Source: Ancylonema sp. (taxonomy: Eukaryota). Taken from it: DNA of 64,000 nt. Positions 36,740 to 51,013 of this stretch are shown here, one piece after another. The notes below the pieces were generated by a model. The model had not been told where the DNA came from and ran no database searches. It saw only the letters and a program-made list of their open reading frames with translations. The translations under genes were made by a program, and so were the position numbers. The DNA is taken from contig JBFLGF010000026.1 of assembly GCA_050230475.1 (NCBI GenBank), positions 62,001 through 126,000 of the forward strand, in the 5' to 3' direction. Position 1 is the first letter of the stretch. Every line of letters starts with the position of its first letter.

Positions 36740-37395
36740 GAAAAAAGAAAGACGCATTTTATTCAAGCACGATGGGAACCCCATCTGAGTACAACACCAA
36801 CGTTATCGTACCAACCCAAAGGAACACAACAAGGAAAACAACCCCAATCCTAAAACAACCGAGCAACAATCTTTAACTCTGGTGACGACAATAACACCCG
36901 CGGAGGGGGGGGAGGTAACAGAGCCATACCCTCTTCCAATCGCAATGGAGAACGTTGTAAAGCAATAGAAACTCTCTGCCGAAACCAAGTAACTAACAAA
37001 CTAACATTCCGCCCCGATCGCCCATTCAGTTCGCCGCACGGTGAGCACAATCCACCAATAACCGATTGCTTGCATCGGAAAGCGAAGCGCAATGTACGTC
37101 TCTAACGCAAACGGGATAAACTTGGTCCCTGCCGCGCGATCTGAGTTTCTTTGCGCCGTTTTGCATCTTCTGCGGCCACCAACCCTGACAAGCCGCCAAT
37201 CCACCAAGTCACGCCGCGTGGGGTCAGCAATGACCACATCCACCAAAATATGCCCCTCCACCAAATCCGAAATAACAATATCCACTCGCCCCCCACGACC
37301 GCCCGGAGCGGAGGACGGAAGAAACCCCGTGCGTTCACGTTGAACATGCTGACGGAGGATGTGATATACGGAATCTCGCACCGAGTCATGAGATG
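36740..37395 (-). mobile_element. 5'-truncated non-LTR retrotransposon 3' end with restriction-like endonuclease (CRE/R2-group-like)
   Basis: HDSVRDSVYHIL...GRVDIVISD...ILVDVVIADP...AAEDAKRRK...KFIPFALETY, frameshifted; AATAAA near the 3' end. Confidence 0.72.
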
Positions 37396-38361
37396 AAGTG
37401 AGATGATTTAGTAATGAGATGATTTAGTTTTAAAGGTTACCCAGACTGTTGTACAAACCGTTGACCTCATGCCACGGTGTCACTGTCCAGACCCGAAAGT
37501 ACGTGGCAACTTCTCCGTGTCAGTCGGTTGCCACAGCATGTTGTCAGCTGGTGACGCCACCAGCGGCCAGGGAGGCTGCAATGTTAGACGCACATCTGGC
37601 ATATGCGGGGCAGATCGTGCAGTAGACCTTACAGCAAACGGCCATTTCAAAGCTGGGTAGTCATCGCAGCTTGGAAGGTATCTGCACTACCGGTTGTTGT
37701 CTTGAAATAAACTTCAGCATTTGTCGATCCCCTTCCGCTGCTACTGGTACTATTGCGCATCAACCTTCAAAATTTCGTCGTCTGAACTTAGAAACAAGCA
37801 GACACAGGAGATTTCGTTGCAATCGAGCTGCTTTGTTTCTACAAATATTATGTACCTACTCTCACAAGCTTCAGAGGCCAGTGGTTTTCTTTTGGAATCA
37901 GGAATGTTGTAATATTTTTGCTATGGAGTCGGTGATGTTAGCTGACTGTAATTGAAACGAGGAACGGGAAATACTTTCTGCCTGCTTTAATTTGCTTTCT
38001 TCGTTCAATTTGTGAATTGTACATGTGAAACAGAAAACACTTCGGTATGACGTCTACAGCTCCTCCGCCAGCAGAGCAGTCTGCATTCATAGGGATGTCT
38101 TCAAATGACGGTACCGAATTTCTGGCACCCACGCGGTGCTCAGTCTGTATTTATGACATGAAAGTTCCAGGTAGTAGGATCCGGCAATACGAACTGAATC
38201 TTCGACCGCTGTTTGGATAAAATATTGAGTGTGAATCTTGTTTCCAGAGTGACTCATCTTCTTTCAGAGAAGTTACTGAACCTATACTTACCTAATCATG
38301 AACCATTTGAAAGATTGAGTAGAGATTGATGTCCAAGTGTCTGATACAGTAGCAGAGGCAC

Positions 38362-40733
38362 ATGATAAAAGCGTCTCATCTTCTTGCGATGACAGCAGAG
38401 GGTACAGGGTAAATATTTTCTTCAACATAATATGTACAATCTCTCCTTTTTGGTTTTTCCCCTGTAGGCCTTCATGCCAACACCCCTCTCGGGTCCCTTT
38501 CCAAGAACATTTTTCCGCACATTCTCAACCTGTAAGCACCCAGATCCTGTTTGACTTGACATCCGTCTCAGGTATCTGCACGTTTTCAAGTCACAGATGC
38601 GTCATTTTTATTCCCCCATCTCCTTCTTTCCAAACGAAAAAAATAAAGAGTCAAAGAATCAATGAGCAAAAAAAGCTAAATCTCTGCTGCTGGTTCATGG
38701 GACTGCAGCATTTCCGTTTGCTCGTTCATAAATTTATGTTTCGAATGTTCACAGTCGCTGTGGTCTGTGGTGGTTGTGGGGCCCGCAGGTATAATGGGGC
38801 TCCAAAGAAAGGAGACTATGAGATCTATTCTCCAGAAGCCACCTTCGAGGATCCGCTCATGCGAGCTGAGGGGTAGGCAGAATGAAGCTATCAGATGATA
38901 ATGAAACAAAAGGAAAATGAAGGGGAAAGATGAATGGACTTTTAATGCTTTAGACAAGGCCACGAGCATCTCAGTAGGTAGTTATTTTTATACTGTCGAG
39001 TTGTGGGGGGTATCAAATCTACTGTTTGTCAAACACAAAGTATCCAAGCGCCTTCTGATGTGTCTTTTTTTTTTGGGGGGGGGGGGTTGGGTGCAGTGTG
39101 CCGCAAATCAAGTCTGCCTTCTATTCTTTGGGAAAGGTATCTTCAATCAAAGCCCGATGCGAGTCACTTGAAAACACACGTACATTTGAGGACGCAGTCA
39201 CTATTAATATACAACATGCATTCCTCAATGCAGAGGTATAAGATGATACTTTGCTTTTGTGTGGTATCCCCCCCCCCCCCCTGGTCAATTTGTATTACTC
39301 TGTGTATGGGATGGCTGTGGATTCGTCCCTTTTGCATTCTGTTAAACGCCACGTGTCTCCATGAAAAGCAAATGAAATCGAGAGAAAACCGATCTTCTGA
39401 TGTAACTACTAACAAAAATTGATATGATGTTGCTGCTTGATATCAGAAACGGGTATGCTGTCGCTGCATTTATTTTCCAACCACGATCGTGCATGTTCCC
39501 GTTTCAGCGTTTTATTTTTTGAAGTAGAGTTGGTCGTGAAAGGCTGAAGCACCTGCGGAATCTGCCACTGGCCTTAATTAATATTTCATTTCTGATGTGT
39601 TGATACATGGACGAGGTATCATTAATTCATTCCTACACCTCTCGTACTGTTCTTTAAAATAACATTGATTCACCTTGCCAGCTGTCGCTCTGTGGTTGGT
39701 TGGCAGTTATTCAGTGTGTCGAGGATGGTAGAGTGGAACATCAACGAAAAGGAATCTGCCCCCGGAAGTGGAGAGGTATGTCGACTAACTTTTTCTCTCA
39801 AATAGAAGTAGAGTGTGAAGCATTCTGAATCTGAACATGTCTGTTTTGAATTCCGTGCCGTGTGCAGTCTGGCAGTGTTGCACTTTTGAATGTTGAGAAG
39901 GTTGACTCAGTGTCCACGCATGTGCTGAACGAAGTTGATAATGAAGATAAATGTGGAAGTGGAATTAGCATCACACTATCATACCAGGTCCAGACACACT
40001 GTGTATTTTTCCCTCTTGGCTATTACCCCACCTTAATTTCTATAGTTGGAGTCGTAATTGCGGTTGTTATTCTTCATTTACCATAATGTGATTTCGGTTT
40101 ATTATCATCGTGTGTCAACTTGATATTGTGGCATGTGGGCAGATTCTGGTGTTCAATAAACAACACTACAAATTGATGAGCCGTGAATTTGACGTGGAAA
40201 CTACGGTTGTCCTTGAGGTATTTGCAGCGCTGATTATGTGATTGTTGGTGTTTTTGTGTATGTGACGTTCCGAGAATGACACCCCATGTATGAAATGTGA
40301 AATTTCTGATGTGCTCGCATGCTTGAGGAGTAGGTTTTGTGTGTCTAGGGTGCAAGAGCATGTTGTTTATGGGAAAGATGGATTTGTGTTCCGTGTAATT
40401 GCTATGGCCAATTATATGGGTAGATTCAAACAACAACGAAATAGTTCCAAACATGGTATCTCAAGGGGTGTGGAAAGGGGAAGTGTATGATTGAGGTGAA
40501 ATTAGTTCAAGTCGCTATTTTAGCAGAAGAGTACCCGATGAGTACGTACAATGATTGATGTATGACTGCAATCGACCTTCATAATTGAAGTTTTGCTTGT
40601 TCAGATAAAAGATGGCAAAGTGGTGAGGCATGAGGATAGATGGAATCACAAGCCTCTCACAACATCGACGAGATTCTTGCGACGAGGCAATATGTTGTTC
40701 ACTCACATGCTCATGGGGTTTGGAAAGGATTAA
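38362..40733 (+). CDS. NTF2/SnoaL-like family protein (recalled as At5g04830-like); 5' end uncertain
   Basis: Exons ~38362-38401, 38468-38531, 38789-38872, 39097-39136, 39707-39775, 40143-40217, 40605-40733, all phase-compatible: IFPHILNLY...YEIYSPEATFEDPLMRAEGVPQIKSAFYSLGKLF...NKQHYKL...DGKVVRHEDRW...THMLMGFGKD then TAA. Confidence 0.85.
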
Positions 40734-42291
40734 ATACAGCCAAGGCTTGTGTGGGGAGGGGATAGTGATTTATCGGTTGCTATCAATATAAAATAATGAT
40801 ATCAAGAGAGTGAGATATCATAAAGAGTATGGCAAAGAAGTGGCAAAATTAAGTATTTTGCATTTGTGAAGTAGTGTTGTGAGGAGATTGTGAGGAAATT
40901 GTGTAATTGTTGAAGGTTTTTTTTTTGGTATAATATGCCTGTGATACTTTTGAAGTATCGAAAATCAGCAATATTTTTTGTGTAGCTAGGACGAAATAGT
41001 GGGTGGAAGACATGTGTATATAGCATTTTCATTGCAACAACTTTCTTTTGCATGATTAGTATGGCATGTCGATTCGCTTTCGCGTTGGCCATGTTTAACC
41101 CAACAATGATTAGGTGGTAAAAAAAAAAACTTGACACATTGCACACATGCTACCTAGGTATGTCGTAGTGACAAAACAGATTGAGTACATTGATTGTTGT
41201 ATCATGTTATTGTCTGCAATAAGAATTGATCATTTAGAAAATGGTATACACGCGACTACATGGAAACATACATATCCGGCCGAATGTACCCAAAAAAAAA
41301 AAAAAAAAAAAAAAACTGGATATTGGACCATCACCGGATTGTTACCACCATGGCAACTACGACTCCACTTACCACCAATTCCGCTTTCATTTGAATAGAC
41401 ATCATGAACTCGAAGACGATCACCACTCTTCATAGGATACTATCACGAAGCATAAGTAAAATGGGAAGAAGTATCTTGATACATCTTCTTATCCTATGCT
41501 GACTATCGTCAGATGTGGACGAAGAGAAAAAACGAACACTGTTCAACTTGAAAATAAACTTGTCTTTGCAATTTCAAAGTGCTGTAAATCCGCATAGACG
41601 ATGGTTTTCGTGTACGGCTATGATTTTCTGGCGGAAAGGTGATATAAAGTAAATTGTTTGCCTAGCAAGAGGAAGTTGACGCATGTTGTGCGTATGTACG
41701 TATTTTTTCTTTGTCAACGCACGTGTGCAAAGTAGCCATCTACGATATATTAAAATTGTCGTTTCGTATTCAATTGTTTGTTGAAGAGGTGTAGATGAGA
41801 TGTGAAAAAATGAAATGTGCATCATCGTACTTTGTCGCGAAGTCGTTAAAATTTTGGAAGTCATCAAAGTCCCAACGAAAATTGTGAAGGCATGCACATG
41901 ACGTATCGAAACCTTACTCAAAAAAATATGGAATAAATGGTTGAACTGAAACTTCCCCTATCACGCACATCACACATATTTGTCCCAACCTATTCGTCTG
42001 CTACTGCTTTCACTATTTCTCCATTACAATTTCCCTCCCCCCATACATCAATACAAGGGTCCGCGTATTCCCCCAACATTGCAATACATCCCCTAAACTA
42101 ACACACAAGGGTACATATGACACGACATTTCCTACCAAACCAAAGAATGAAGTCTTGAAATAATCGTAAAATCTACTTCTACATCACTTCCATAACCTTC
42201 TATACCTTACACAAACGAATCAAAAACAATGATGCACATCAAACAGGGTTGTTTACATCTGCATCATTGTTTCCCGACCAGTCGGTTGTTT

Positions 42292-44220
42292 CTAAGCGGC
42301 AGCAAAAGTGTTATCGCTGCCCTCTCCATACGCCGAAAAGGCACAGTCCGCGGCCAAGACCGAGCTGGTCATATAATCTTTGACGGCCTCTCCATCCAGG
42401 AAGCCTTTGCCGGAAACACCGTCAGCGATGACAGGGGCCTTCAACAGGGCTGCGAGACGAGAATGCTTCTCCCCCTTGTCCGCGTGATCCGCTCGGTTGG
42501 TCTGGCCGAGCACTCCGTGGATGGATTCGCTACGCTGGATGGTGTTGATGCCGACATTGAAGTGGGCTTCGGCGTCCGTAGGGGACTGGAGGAGGGGATT
42601 GGCGACCCGCATGCGGACGGAGAGGTCGAGGAGTTTGGCGATTTTGAGGCTGAAAAAGTCAACGTCGAAGGGACCGCTCTTCTCGAGAGCCACGAGGGAG
42701 AGGGTGAAGCCTCCATCTCCTGAGAGGGTCTCTCCGACCTGAGCACAGGGATCAGAAAAGGGTTGATCAGCTTGATACGCACTGGAAATGGTTCATGTGT
42801 GAATCTAGTCAATTGGCTTATCTGTGTGTTTTTTAAAGTCTCGGAACTCAGCGATACTTGTGAAGGAAATATGTGCTTTATTGTGGGCAGATGTGAATCT
42901 CACCTGAGGCACAGTTTGTTCAACACCATCCACTTCAACAACGTCCAGGAATCCGTTGGCGCGCTGCTGCTCGACCCCGGAGCGAGCGACCATCCTCAGC
43001 TTGTGTTCAACACCCTCGGCCGTCCATATGAAGCCCATCTCGTGAATCCAGGTGCGCACCGCCTTTCCCTTGTGCAGAACGGTGGCGCTTTCGGTGCGGT
43101 TATCAAGGTAACCTCGGAGGAGAATATTGACGTGGAAGGTTTTGTCGGTGAGCAAGCAGAAAGACTTGTCGGGCAGGCCAGAGAAGTCGAAGTGAGTGCC
43201 CTGAGCGCCCAGGAAGTGAGGGTCGTCCTTAACATTGGCGCTGGGATTGCAGACTCCTCCAATCCTGCATAGCAGCCACATAGATTACAGATAAGCCAAA
43301 ACCCTCGCGAAACAAAGTGATACGTCATCGGCCGGCGAAATATTCCAGGTGCCATGAATCTTCAGGAAATCGACGCAAACACTAGGCAAGGTAGATACAC
43401 AAACGAGACAGCAGTAGCGGCCATGGGAAAGCCGTAATGATAACATGCGACGGGCAGGAAATAATCGGTCGTTCGTTGCCAGCCTCCTTATACCGAAAAA
43501 ATGTCTCACATAAACCGATACAAGGGAATCCGCAAAAGTCACCAGGTTCACTCATCGGTATGCTGCCCTGAACAAGAGATTAACAAGCGCTCGGCAATCG
43601 TGACTCACATGACCTGTCGCCCCTTCGCCTCCGTGCTGGTGCCGTATGTGATCGTCGGCTTCTCGCATTGCTTGCCGATGCCCGCCTTGATCAGATAGCA
43701 AGGCTGTTTCAAATATGGAATCCATTGCCAATAGGAACAGCCCGGAGTGGATGCGCATTTGATGCAGCAATCCACGTAGGTTGGTGCGGCAAGCTTTTCC
43801 TGAACGAGTTGTGGGCTGGAGGAGGTCACGATGACAGGCCTGCCCAGCTCCTGCTGCTTCAAGTCGAATGTCTGCACAGCAGAAACAATACCAGACGTGG
43901 TCAACAGACAGCGGAAGGGACAGGGGGGCGTCTGACGTGACCAAAAAATACTGAAAATATGGTAGGTAATCCATCGGGACGGAGCACATTCCAACATAAT
44001 TCTTCAGCTTCTCAAGGTACTCCAAACGACGTACTCTGAACTTGAACATGTGACTCGCAGTGGGAAGATGGCAAGACGACGTGGAGCAACTCCCGAGTTT
44101 GAAGGTAGGGCACTTGGCGGCATTGAAGTCGAGACGGGGAGGAAGCGGAACTACTGCAGATGCGATGGCCACGCAAAGGCTGAGGAAAGAGAATGAGCGC
44201 AGGGCGGCAGAGGCAGACAT
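42292..44220 (-). CDS. Secreted protein: signal peptide, Cys-rich PAN/apple-like domain and root-cap/LEA-like domain (4 exons)
   Basis: Exons 44220-44035, 43871-43609, 43264-42904, 42738-42292. Hydrophobic N-terminus; CCIKCASTPGCSYWQW...CYL; DDPHFLGAQGTHFDFSG...FCLLTD...HVN...RTWI; AHFNVGI...IHGVLGQT...DYMTSSVLAADCAFS. Confidence 0.82.
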
Positions 44221-44381
44221 TATGGAATTCTAGTTCAGGACCAGTTTATCTGAGCGAGTTCGTCTCCGACTATAAACTATCGATTACATCAACCGACTCC
44301 CTCGCGTTTCAATTCAGGTAGTAGATAGCTTTGTGGGGATGAGTGGAGTGCTGAAGTGATGGGAAGTGAAGCGCTGCCCAG

Positions 44382-44392
44382 TTTTTTTATAG
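44382..44392 (-). promoter_or_regulatory. Putative TATA box of the PAN/root-cap gene
   Basis: CTATAAAAAAA on the minus strand about 165 bp upstream of the ATG. Confidence 0.45.
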
Positions 44393-45366
44393 AGCGGAGG
44401 AACGCTCCATGGACTTTCGTCCCTGAGCTGAGTGTAGGTGTTGTCAAGGACGGTGATGACCAGGTCAGGGACACACAGGTGGTGAGGATTGGTCCGGTGC
44501 TATCTGGTGTGAGTGTGTATAACTGTCACATGTTTTTTGTCGACTTCTTCCAGCTATAAATAACATAACGCAGATAATACCTGTGGCCACGGTGGTGGTT
44601 TTGGTGGTAGATAAACCCTGTCCAGTCAACAGCTGCTAAAGAGCGCAATGGGAAAACACCTGAGGCCGGTATTATCTGCAATTTTCATGTTTCCAGGACC
44701 CTGAAGTTGTCGGCGCTCGGCATGTCTGACAGGTGAGGGCTGGCGGCATTTTTGGCTCACGGTGGGGGGTCGGCTACCCGGTAGCTACCGCTTTCCTACC
44801 GAATTTGGTGCCCAGCCCGGTCGGGCACCGTTTGGAAGTAGGGCAGCGGCAGGCGGTAGGAAAATTGATATTGAGACGGTAGGACGCGGGAGGAGACGGT
44901 ATAATTTTTGTTTTCTCGCGTAGAGCGAAGGCAGAAGTTTCAACGCAAAATAAAAAAAAAACTTAAATCGATCTATCAGAGAAAGTTTAACCCCTTGTCC
45001 TCAGCTTTGTGTCATGCTTATATCTAATTTTACAACTAACATATGAAACCAAAATATAGTATCCCATGGTAGAGTCGCGAAAAATCCATCATTTGAGGCC
45101 TTTCACGAAGCGATCTATGAGTAGCCTAACAAATTTGAGAACGGATACTCCATCAATTAGTTGAGCTAAAAATTTACGACACCCATATGAAGTAAAACTT
45201 GTCGTGATAGAAACTGTATTGATGAGTAACCTCACTTGATAAATAATTTTAACCGGTCCAGACCTTTGACGAGTGTAATTATTAACAAACTTCTAGAATG
45301 AGAAAATCAATACTTTTGTCCGGTCCCGCCGACGTGTTTATTTTTAATGTAGGGAATCCGTACGTA

Positions 45367-45984
45367 CAGTGCTCTCTCGACATAACGACCCTCGGTATAA
45401 CGACAACCTCGGTATAACGATATTTTTTTGAAGCTTTTTTTAAATCAATATGAAATCGCCCTCGATATAAGCATAACGACACTGTATAATGACAAATTAT
45501 TCCATAAATTTGCTACTGAATGTCGTTATACTGTGTACATAACGTTATTGCTCGCAGATAACGATGTATGGAAATCGAGAAAAATCTAGAACGGCACCTC
45601 AAATTCTATATAGAATTCTATATGGGTCCGATAAAATGTGCGTGTTTGGTGTTGCTTTGTAACAACCTTAATACCTCCCCAACTCTCCTCGTAAAAGTTT
45701 GTGGTATATTTTGTCCATCCGCATGTATTGGTATCATGACGCACTTGTATACCTCGTATATCAATACACACGCTGAATTTACTAATCATGCCAAGGCAAC
45801 TTACTCTAGGAAACACTTAATAAACACATTTGCTTATTCACTTTGCTTCATTCGCAAAGTTCCTCGATACAACGCATAGATTTTAGATTATAGTAATTAA
45901 TGTCGTTATACAGTGTATAACGACACCTCGATATAACGACACTTTTATGGAAAAAAATTTGGTCGTTATATCGAGGGAGCACAG
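45367..45984. mobile_element. Tc1/mariner (pogo-like) MITE, related to those at 9515 and 10862
   Basis: TA|CAGTGCTCTCTCGACATAACGAC ... GTCGTTATATCGAGGGAGCACAG|TA; internal TATAACGAC repeats. Confidence 0.85.
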
Positions 45985-48234
45985 TATCCGTACACTGTAT
46001 TTGTTTACAGTGTACATTTTAAGGTTTTACATTAAAGAAAAACCGAAAAAAATCATAAATTGTTCAATTCCGTACCATTCCTTGATCATGACGCTAGAGA
46101 TCGCCAAGGAGAAAACCCCTCGGAATTGACCAGAAACCCCTCTAGATTAATACTTATTTATAACGAGAGTATTCGATACAGTGATATCTAGAATTGTTAC
46201 TTTACAAGAAAAATAGTAAAGTACCATTTTGCACGACTCGAAAATAACGCGTGGCGTATTTTCCGAAGTCTAGAATCCAAAACTTTCAACTAATAACTGC
46301 GTGTCGAATTTTGTAAAATCAAGTCACTTTCGACTTGTCGATAATCCCAGCGATAAATCCAGCTGTATAATTAGAGTTAACATCTCGCGTTGTTTCATCG
46401 TAGCGTCGAGATTGATTTGAAAGTTCTAGAAGCCAGCCTATCGTAATCTTCGATAGACTAACTCTAGTTAACTCTGCCGGTGAGCACCGCGCAACAACTT
46501 TTGATTTAAAAAAAAATGTACTTTCATATCTGTTAGCATCCGCTGTCGGATTGCGCTGTTAAGAAATCCCTTCAACAATTCTTTGTGTAATTATGAATCC
46601 TTGCAATTCTATGTATTTGCATCCCTTTGCTTACGTGACTTTGCACCGTGCTCGTTTTCTGTGTGAGCCTCACATCCGTCAGCCAGACTATAAGTTGTCC
46701 AAATTATCATTTACAACTTGTGAGTGTGTGTTTAATTCATATGAATCTCTTGCTGACGCTTTTCCTGAGCCTGCGGTGTAATCGGGTGTAATTTCTTGCA
46801 TCAATTCGCTGACGCTCTCTCTGAGCCAACAAGCGTGTGTGTGTTTGTGTGAATTTTGTCGATTTGCTGACGTTCGCTCCGAACCAGCCTTTTAATCATT
46901 GTGTCTGCTGTTGCTCGCACCGAGCCAATAATTGTTGTTTATACTTGCCAGCTGACGCTCTTTCTGAGCCAACAATTTTATCGACACGCCATCGATACTT
47001 TTCTTTCACACCGAAAGTAACTCTTACGGCTGTTGACCCTAATAGTCTGCACTATTTTGTTTGTGTTCCAGTATTTTCTACGACTTGAGTGTTGTAGTAC
47101 ATCTGTCAGTTGGCCGTGAGCGTTAACTAATGAATTTCACCAGACCGCTGAGACGTGTGATAGATATTATATTGATATTCCAGCAGAGACTCAATCTGCA
47201 ATACTACTTAGTGAGAGCAACCGGACCACCAATCCTACCAGAGACCCTTCGACCACCTCAGACTACCATCGATACTAGCGCAGTCAACATCATCGCCAGA
47301 CCACCAACGGCATTACTACATGGATCATTTTGAAAAACATTTAAACCAAATTGTCAACATCCTACACGGCCGACTCCAAACCGCATGTCACCCTATCCAT
47401 CCCTACCGCTCCCCATAGTTGAACCCATACGGCAAAAAAAAAAAAAAACGCCGTATGCCATACTTTTGCCAGCCATACGTGGCGCGTCCATTCGGCTACA
47501 AACGATCGGAAAATTTTTTAATGTTGAAAATTTCATCTCACGGATATGGATATTTAAGAACTAATCAACCTGTAACCGTACGTGGCACACCTACGCTCTG
47601 CGCCTACATTGAAAGTGTAGGCGTAGGTGTATGTCTGCGAGTCGGTGGCTAATTGTGTCTCTCCGGTCAGGTTCATAATGATCGGCAATTTCATATATGC
47701 CCCTATGCTACTGCTATTCGTATCGGATTTTGATATATACTTGAAGGCGAGTATAGGTACTTGATTTTGTATTTATTGTTGAGCAAAAATGATTTAGTTT
47801 TTTGTCACACCAAGCATGAGTGAATTGAATGGAAAAAATGGAATGAAGAAGCTCAAAGTTGAATGAAAAAGAGGCGGAGTTTGAAATAAGAAAATTCATT
47901 TCTCATCAATGCTCAAAATCTTGAAGATAATAAAAATTAGGTATAATCACTCCCAAATATAATGGATGGATATAAATGAAAATAAAATTATAAAACAAAA
48001 TGACTCAACATAATTTTCGGACCGGAAAACGTGTACCGAAAATTTACAGCACACGAATTACAACTTTATACATAATAATAATTAAAAAAACTAGCCGTAT
48101 GGAAAACTACATACGTCAAGGATCACGTATAGGCCCGTATGCAAACGGTTGTATGCAAACGGTACCCACGTATTGGTGCAACTATGCCGCTCCCTACCAA
48201 TCCCTTCCGATCCCTATGAGTTCCTCCCTACCGC

Positions 48235-48748
48235 CAGTGATGCACCAGGACGGGGCCCGTCTTCCGTAAGGCACGTTTTCCGCACGGGGCCAAGAGCAAT
48301 TTGCCGTCCCTGGCAAATGCAAACGTCGTACGGATTTTCTCGCAAATGTTTGCTCGCAAATACGTCCGTGAAATGCGGCAAACGTGTACGGATTTTACGG
48401 ATGCAAACGTTTGCGATTGCAAACGTTTGCGTGTAGTTTTGTTTTTTTGGGCTTTTTGGAGGTTTATACAAAATATTTATTACGTTTTAATGGTGAACGT
48501 CATGAACCAATGATGACAAGTCTTACAAACTTTCATACTCAAGTCAGCGGAAGTGTACTAGAGATTAAACAAATAAAAACGCTGGCGACGTTTGCAAAAC
48601 GTTTGCAAGTTCGAACGTTTGCAAAACGTTTGCAAATGCAAACGTTTTGCAAACGCCGTTTGCATCTTTCGTCGTACGCACGTATTCCGTAAGTACGCGT
48701 TTGCAATACGGCGTTTGCAGGCATTTTTGCTGTCCTGGTGCATCACTG
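48235..48748. mobile_element. hAT-type MITE
   Basis: TIR CAGTGATGCACCAGGAC / GTCCTGGTGCATCACTG; perfect 8-bp TSD CCTACCGC; many GCAAACGTTTGC palindromic repeats. Confidence 0.92.
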
Positions 48749-49486
48749 CCTACCGCACTACCCTCTACCGAACCAACCGCGGTTGGGCTTAATCCCCTAC
48801 CCCCTACTGCATATCGGGGCATCGATAGGACGGTAGGGGGTAGGGCGGTAGGGCGGTCACTAACCTTACTGGCAGACAACACTATCGGCATATAGGTGCT
48901 AATTTATTTGGCAAAGAAGGCTATAAATGGCGTCGGTGGTTCATGTAAACTAACGACAACATTCGTGCCGGGCGGCGCCCTCGTTCGGCTCCGATCACGT
49001 TCGAAAGACCTTCGTTAAATCCGCCCAAGGAGCAGGAATAAAGCGGTGTTCAGAGGTGCTCGTGTTTCATGTTTTTCGACTTCACAAACATAAATGGCAA
49101 AGTAAAGTGACAAAATAAATAGAGCATACTATGAATCAAAACCCGTAGTCTACCACACTAAAAATATTATGTGATAAAACAAGCGCCACTTACAAGCTAC
49201 GATGGTTTGATACTCGATTGCTAAAATCTTGAAGTGGAGACCGCCAGTGGACGCTCGGAAGGGCGGCACCTGCGTTCGGGTCCGAACGCGTTCGGATATG
49301 TTCGGGTGTAGTCCCGCCCACCTTCGGATATATCTCTCGTCCCTTCCGGATTTGACTCATTTGTCAAAATGGTTGGTCCCGATCCATGTGGATCGGCGCC
49401 GGATCGGACTTGATCCAGATCAGCGCAAGATCGGATTCCCCGATCGGATCGGCACCAACTAATTCTTCAACCTTCAAAAATCTGTA

Positions 49487-50045
49487 CAATAAACCCTTGA
49501 TATAGTGACAATTTTCTAGACAGTGGAAAATAATGTCACTATATCGAATGCCACGGGTGTCACTATACACTCTATAGTGACATTTGATAGGCGACATTGA
49601 GCCAATGTCACTATATCGAAGGAAAGTGAATTTTAGGTTATTTTGAGCAACCGGATCGGGTGCGCAAAGGTTTTCATTGAAGAAGGCGGGTCATCTATAT
49701 GGCGTTTGTTCTAATATCCACTCGCTACAATAAAACCTTTTTGAAGTAATAATGCCAGGACATGTATAAAATTTGAATTCAGACACGTTATTAATTGATT
49801 ATTAATTATTTTATATTAGATTTGGGCGGTTATTAATTTTCACAACGTTAATTTAGGCAAGTTTCACTCTATAGTGACATCCCAATAGTAAAATCTGGGA
49901 AAATTTAGTCACTATAACGTGTGTCACTATAGCGATTGTCACTATATCGAGTGGGTTTTTATATAGGATTGGAAAAAGGGCAAAAAAAATGTCACTATAT
50001 CGTGATTGTCACTATATCGAGTGTCACTATATCAAGGGTTTACTG
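49487..50045. mobile_element. Tc1/mariner (pogo-like) MITE
   Basis: TA|CAATAAACCCTTGATATAGTGACA ... TGTCACTATATCAAGGGTTTACTG|TA; internal GTCACTATA repeats. Confidence 0.88.
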
Positions 50046-51013
50046 TACTTGGGTCCCTATCCCCGATCACATTACGATCGTATCCAGACCGGATCGGAAG
50101 TTTCCGGCTGGAAATAAAATCGAAATAGACGAAAAACAGCCTTGGGAGGTTTCTACGCCAGATTCTAAATACGTCGACTATCGAGCTTTCAAAAGTTAGA
50201 GTTTCACCTATGATCGGAGATCCAATCCAATTTTGACCCGCATCAGGTCTGATCCGTGTCGGAAGAGGATCGGATAATTGTCATTGAAAACGGTCTCGCA
50301 AGTCGACTAAGCAAACCGACTACATGATGAAGGTTTTACTATTTACTTCAAGCACAAGCATTGGAGTATGACTAGATCTTCGATTCTTGGTTAGGAAGGC
50401 TGTCTCCCGAATCGGAACAATTGTGTTCCTACTCAACACAACGAGACAAACTCAGCAAAATAGGGATGTTTGTGCCGCAAATGTAAATACACTAACTTCT
50501 TCTACTTGCCCACTACCAAGTGTCTCACATGGCATGTTCTGTGATGCGCTCGACTCGCACTACTCATGAGGTAAGCGTTGATTGCGATGTTGATGCACTT
50601 TCTCTTGTTGTGGTATCACATCATATTTCACCAACCGCTAGATTGAAGGTCGGAGCCACCGAATTACACGCTATTTGTCGCATGATCAGATTGACTCGTT
50701 CAATACGTGACCTTATATTAGCAACTTGGTACTAAATATTCAAGTAATATACAATTTGGCAATTTGGCAATTTGGCAATTTGGCTTTTTTTTTTTTTTTT
50801 TTTTTTTTTTTTTGAAATTAAACAAGCCACAAAAATGAGTGCACGGAGTGCTCGATGGGTTGGTAATGACCACGTAAATTTTGGCGTATAGTTTGGTACG
50901 ACTAAAAAGTATTGTTTCTGTCATGAAGCAATGTATATGTATTTCCAGCCAGCCTATAATTTCCAATTGCTGGATAAACATTCCTTCTAGGTTGCTTGCT
51001 TGCAAAGTCCTCC

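Noticed and set aside
40731..40733. Genome-wide TAR-to-sense code as a firm call
   Set aside because: TAA falls at the expected NTF2 C-terminus and TAG/TAA end other ORFs; kept only as a testable hypothesis.
44730..48870. Large element bounded by CCTACC/GGTAGG-rich subterminal repeats
   Set aside because: Probably a degenerate DNA transposon hosting MITEs, but no matching TIR/TSD pair or coding remnant could be fixed.
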